Shown piece after piece: positions 59,413 through 64,000 of a DNA stretch of 64,000 bases. The stretch spans positions 2,668,977 through 2,732,976 of the forward strand of contig MU054338.1 in NCBI GenBank assembly GCA_013239625.1, in the 5' to 3' direction. The notes under the pieces are model-generated. The model was not told the DNA's origin and made no database searches. It saw only the letters and a list, made by a program, of their open reading frames with translations. Each line of letters starts with the position of its first letter. Position 1 is the stretch's first letter. A program made the position numbers and the translations under genes. The DNA is from Lama guanicoe (taxonomy: Eukaryota).

Positions 59413-60837
59413 TTTCATGTGTGCACCTCCCACTTCCCAGCCTTTGCCCCGTCTAGGGTACATACCCTCCTTTCCCACAGCTGCCGCTCAGTATCCTGCC
59501 TGGCCATCAGGCCCTGCTGATACATCATCACCTCTTTCAGGAAGCAGCTCCCTAGATGAGGGTATGCTCCGCTCCCCCAAGCCCACAGACTCCCTCCTGC
59601 CCAGGCAGCCCGTGGACTCCTCCCTTGGGTGTCAGCTACACTCTGCTCCAGGTGTGACTGAGTCCTTTAGACAGGAGTAGAGAAAAAGGGTGGGGTGGAC
59701 AGTGAGTGAATGGGGACGTTGATTGAATAGGGTGAACTGAAGAGGTGACTGGATGGATGGGCAGTGGATGGAGGGGAGGGTGGATGGATAAATGAGTGGA
59801 TGGGTGGTTGGGTTTTGGATGGATGTACAGGTGAATGGACGTGTAAGTAGATGAATGGAATGATGGTTTGGAGAATTTATGGGCAGGTGAAGGGACAGGT
59901 GAAGACATGCTTTCATAGAAATCCCACTCAGACACGGGAAGGAGTCCTAGCCAGACACCTGGCAAAACACCCTCCTGAGATCGCCCTGCCTGACCTCTGT
60001 ACCTGCATGTGCACGCAACACGGAACAGGCCAAGCTGGACAGACATGCGTGCGTGTACATGCACACAGCCATCACCCCAAACCTCCACGCATCTTGCGTG
60101 ACTTGCCTCTGTTCTCTCACTCACGCAGAAGCCAGGCTGGTTTAAGGGACTTAGCTGCAAGGATGTTCTGTGCTAAGAGGCCTCAGCTCTGGGCCTGGCC
60201 CCCCAGAAGTCCCTAAGTATTTGGGAAGACAGTTCCAGTCCAGACATTTCCAGCCTGTGGAGCCAGGGATGGGGCAGAGGAAGGGGTGGGGGAACCAAGT
60301 TTGGGAGTTGGAACTCTGCCTACTGGCAAGAGGCAAAGTTGATTAGAACATGATAGGTTTTGGGAACTGGGTTCTGCGGGATGAATAGGAGTTTATTAGA
60401 GAAGGAGAGGGAAGGCATTCTAGGCAGAAATACCTACACAGATGACAACTTGGAGACCAGAAGAAGCTTGATCTACTTGGGCAACAGGGAATACTAGTGA
60501 GATGCATTTATTGGGCACCTACTGTTTGCCAGGCTCTCTGCTAGGGACTTCAGTGAAAACTGGCCATGATTCAGTCAAGAGGGGATTAACTCCTGCATTT
60601 TAAGGCCGAGGGATGAAAAACTCAGAGAGGGCAAGTGACCTGCTGAAGGACACACAGCAGTTAGGAGATAGGGTAGGTCTGTGCCCTACTCTGGGAGCTA
60701 GGATGGCCCAGGGAGGAGGAAGAATTACTTTTAAGGAGTGAGAGGCAGCCGACCCTCCTGTCCACCAGGACTCTTGTCCCTCAGACCCTGGCCTTCCCCA
60801 GGTGGCCTGTAGGAAGGAGAAACCAGAGACGCTGGCC

Positions 60838-60873
60838 ATGAAGACCCTCCGGGCACGATTTAAGAAGACAGAG
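60838..60873 (+). CDS. ANKRD24: Ankyrin repeat domain 24, first coding exon (exon 60802-60873); the gene continues past the right edge
   Basis: Acceptor ttccccag at 60801; good Kozak GCC-ATG; encodes MKTLRARFKKTE, which I recognise as the ANKRD24 N-terminus; donor GAG|GTGAGT; synteny next to SIRT6. Confidence 0.85.
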
Positions 60874-62951
60874 GTGAGTCTGAGGCCACTGAGATGCCCA
60901 GTGTCCCCCAACTTCAGGCTCCTGTCCTCTAGGGCCTGGCTGAAGATCCCTTGGGCCTTTGGACCATTGTCTCTGTCCTTCATCAGATTCTTTTGGCAAC
61001 TTCCACATGACCAGGTACCTCCCTGTTCAAAACTCTTCCATGGTTCCTCTCCATCCATAGGTTCAAAGGCTCTGACCCCCTCCCCTCTCTTTCCTCTCTA
61101 CTGCCCCCTGCTGCCCTGATCCCCACATTACTTCCTAGTTCCTCAAACACTAGTTCAAGCTTTCCAGCCACCATCCTGTGCCCAGTTTCCTCCCCCGGAA
61201 GTGCCCATCCCTGGATAAATCCTCCCTCATCCCTCACAATCTGGCTCCAATAACCTTCCTTCCGGAAGATCCCAAGTTCCCAGCTACAGTGACCACTTGC
61301 TTTTCTGGAGCCTCCCTTTCTTGGGGACCCCAATTTCTTACTGTTGAGTATTCAGCAAATATTTGTATTGGATGCTGTTCTAGGTACAGAGGGCACAGCA
61401 GCGAATAGGGAGTACAGAAAACCCCTGTCCTTGTGGAGCTGGGAGCTGAGTGGGGGAGATGGACACTAAACAAGATAAATAAGTGAAAAGGCGTATTTTG
61501 TACCATGGAGACAAAGAATCCAAGGAAAGGGAATTTGAAACATCTGGGGCAGGGGAGACGGTTGCCATTTTAAATCAGGTTGTCAGGAAAGGCCTCAATA
61601 GGAAGCTGATATTACAGCGAAGACCAGAAGGGACGGGAGGAGGGGATTGTGTGTCTATTTGCAGGAATTGCATTTCAGGCAGAGGGAACAGCCAGTGCAA
61701 AGGCCCTGAGGTTGGATGAAGTGGCTTCCCTTGCAGCTATATCTTGGACTGTGAACTTCCAGAGATCATGCTCCTTCCTCAGCCATCCCTCATCCCTCCC
61801 AGCACCCCAAGTCCCTGCCAGTGTGGAGGCTGGTCCAGGGCACAGACTGAGAGAAACTAAGTGAGGATTCACACGTGGAGTCAGGCAGCCAGCCTTCCTG
61901 GCCTCTGTCAGGCTAGATTTCACAATTACAGCACAAAGAAACCAAGGCCCAGAGTGGTTAACTCACTTCTCCTGGTCACAGAGCAAAGTGGCAACAGCAA
62001 GATTCAAACCCGCACGTGTCTGACTTCAGAGTCCTTGGTCTGTCTACCACAACAGTGCCTTTCCATCCAGCAGGTGTGGCCCAAGGCAATCAGAGAGGCT
62101 CCCTGGAGGAGGAAGGACAGGGAAGATTCAGACAAGTGAAGACCCCCAAGGAGGGGGATGGGGGCCAGTGTGGGCAAAGGTCTGGAGGCTGGGCTGGGTC
62201 TGGTTGATCCAGGGCACAGTGAGGTGGTGAAGAAGTTATTTTGGCTGAAACAGAGAATGTGAGGAGGAGCTGAGGCCGAGAGGGCCCAGCCCGAGGAGTC
62301 TTTGAAAGTCAAAAAGAGGGGAACAAGCCTGCTTTTATTCTTTTTTTAACTTAATTTATTTATTTAATCTTTCTTGTTGTTGTGGGGAGGAAGGTAATAG
62401 GTTTATTCATCTATTTATTTAATGGAGGTACTGGGGCAAGCCTGGTTTTAAAGTCAAGTGGCTCTAGACTTGAGTCCTTCCTCTGCTGGTGACTGGCTTG
62501 GTGACTCTGGGTATACCTCCACCCTTCTAGGGCCTCCCCTAGTTTTCCCATCCCAATACATTTTTACATTTATTTTTAGTACTTACCAATTTTAACATTC
62601 CTTTTCATTTTATTTTAACTTTTAAAATTTAAATTGAATGTCACTGAATTAGTTTTTTTTTGTTTCATCCTATTTTTGTTTTTATTGATTTGTTTTCAAG
62701 TAGTGAAAGGAGCTTACCTTGTGCTTTGTCAGCTCATTTAATCCTCATACCAATCATGTGGGGAAGAAGCTTTTATTATCTCCACTTTAAAAGTGCGTAA
62801 AGGATGCCCAGAGAGGTTAAGGAACTTGCCCAAGGTCACACAGCTAGGAAGTGAGATACCTGCCTTCTCTCTAGGCTTTACTATGAATGTGATTGGGCCT
62901 TTTCTTGGGAGTTAAAGAGAGCCGATTGAAAAGAGAGAGGGAGAGGAGTGG

Positions 62952-62954
<3 letters not shown>

Positions 62955-62984
<30 letters not shown>
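62955..62984. repeat. (GACA)n microsatellite
   Basis: Read directly from the sequence. Confidence 0.9.
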
Positions 62985-62985
<1 letters not shown>

Positions 62986-64000
62986 AGGAGGAATAAATAG
63001 CTTGTTAATCCCTACAAAATGAGTCATGGGGTCAACTTCATTCATTGTGGAGTGATCCTAAAATTTTCATCCCGTTTGGAATCGACTCTTAGTTAGATTG
63101 TTCACATTTCCCCCCCAAGAACTCCCGAGAAGTTGGAGCCAGTGGTAAACCAAACCATATAATTGTTGAATTTCAAAAAGCAGAATTATTGAAGTCAAAT
63201 CTGTTAAAAAAAAATTGGTGTCACTTAAAAAAAAAAAGGCACAGAAAATTTGGGCCGTCAGTGCTTTGATGGGTGCCTGGCTCTGAGTCAAGGTGTGGGG
63301 GTGGGGACGGGGGGTTGTTAAAACCTCAAACTGCGGGTGAGGGTCCCTGGGGGTTTTAGGGAGGGTGGAGGCAGCATTGGCTCTGAGCAGAGCCTGCTTG
63401 GGCTGGAGCGGGAGCAGCAGATGGGAGGCCTGGGAGAGGAAGGAGCAGAGAAGATGCTCCTCCATCCCCTCTCCCACAGCCCCCAGCTCCCATCAGTCCC
63501 TCTACCCGCCGGCTTGTTTCTCTGCAGGCAGGTGGAGTCAGGTTCAGCTTTTGTTCAGTGGCCCTGAGGGAAGAAAGCAAACACCCGAGACTGCAGCAGC
63601 CCTGCCTCTGTCCCTCCAGACCTTCCTCTCCCCTTTCTCAGCACAGAGTCCAGCCTCCACACCTTGGCTCCAGCCCCTCCCTCCTGCCCAGTGTGTCCTC
63701 TCTGCTCCTTCCTGCTTCTTTATCAGTACAGCCTTCTCTTCAAGGCCCCCATAGTGCCTGTTTGCTCTAAGCCTTCTCATGCCCTCTCTGGGCCTCAGTC
63801 TTTCCATCCACAAGATGGGGATTAACTGGAGCCAGAGTCTAGTCTTTGAAATCCCACCAACCTTCTGCCTTTATTTCTGGTTTTAGAAAAATCCCATACG
63901 GAAGAAGATTGTGGTTTTGTAGAAAATTTTAGAGATTCCTAAACTCCTGATGCCCAGGTTTCTTGGAAAGTCTGTCTGTCTCTCCCTCACTTTTATTCCC

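Overview
Mammalian, GC-rich, gene-dense euchromatin, syntenic with human 19p13.3. The species is most likely a camelid, judged from the tRNA-Ala-like SINE family with an AAATAAACCTAATTACCTCCCC tail (Vic-1-like) and from the young L1 3' ends. Gene order: MAP2K2/MEK2 (minus; coding exons 1-7 at 16862..1743, the rest off the left edge); a ~24 kb repeat-rich intergenic region; CREB3L3/CREB-H (plus; 10 coding exons, 41323..49531, 458 aa); SIRT6 (minus; 8 exons, 57972..51314, 359 aa), convergent with CREB3L3; and the 5' end of ANKRD24 (plus; first coding exon 60838..60873), head-to-head with SIRT6. I read all exon boundaries from GT-AG sites and checked that they splice in frame. I found no CRISPR array, true RNA gene or convincing new protein-coding system, and almost all ORFs in the supplied track are GC-rich noise. 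The most interesting non-obvious signals are: a ~190 bp templated insertion copied from 1.5 kb away into an L2; an inverted MIR-like pair with a perfect 23 bp core; an old MER63 element with undepleted CpG (possible gBGC footprint); an orphan NRF1-bearing CpG island between two convergent poly(A) sites; a cryptic ~29 bp G-rich minisatellite just after MAP2K2 exon 1; a MAP2K2 uORF; strong CTCF sites; and a few substitutions at functionally studied residues. Repeat family names and cross-species comparisons come from my recall of consensus sequences, not from a search, and repeat boundaries are approximate.
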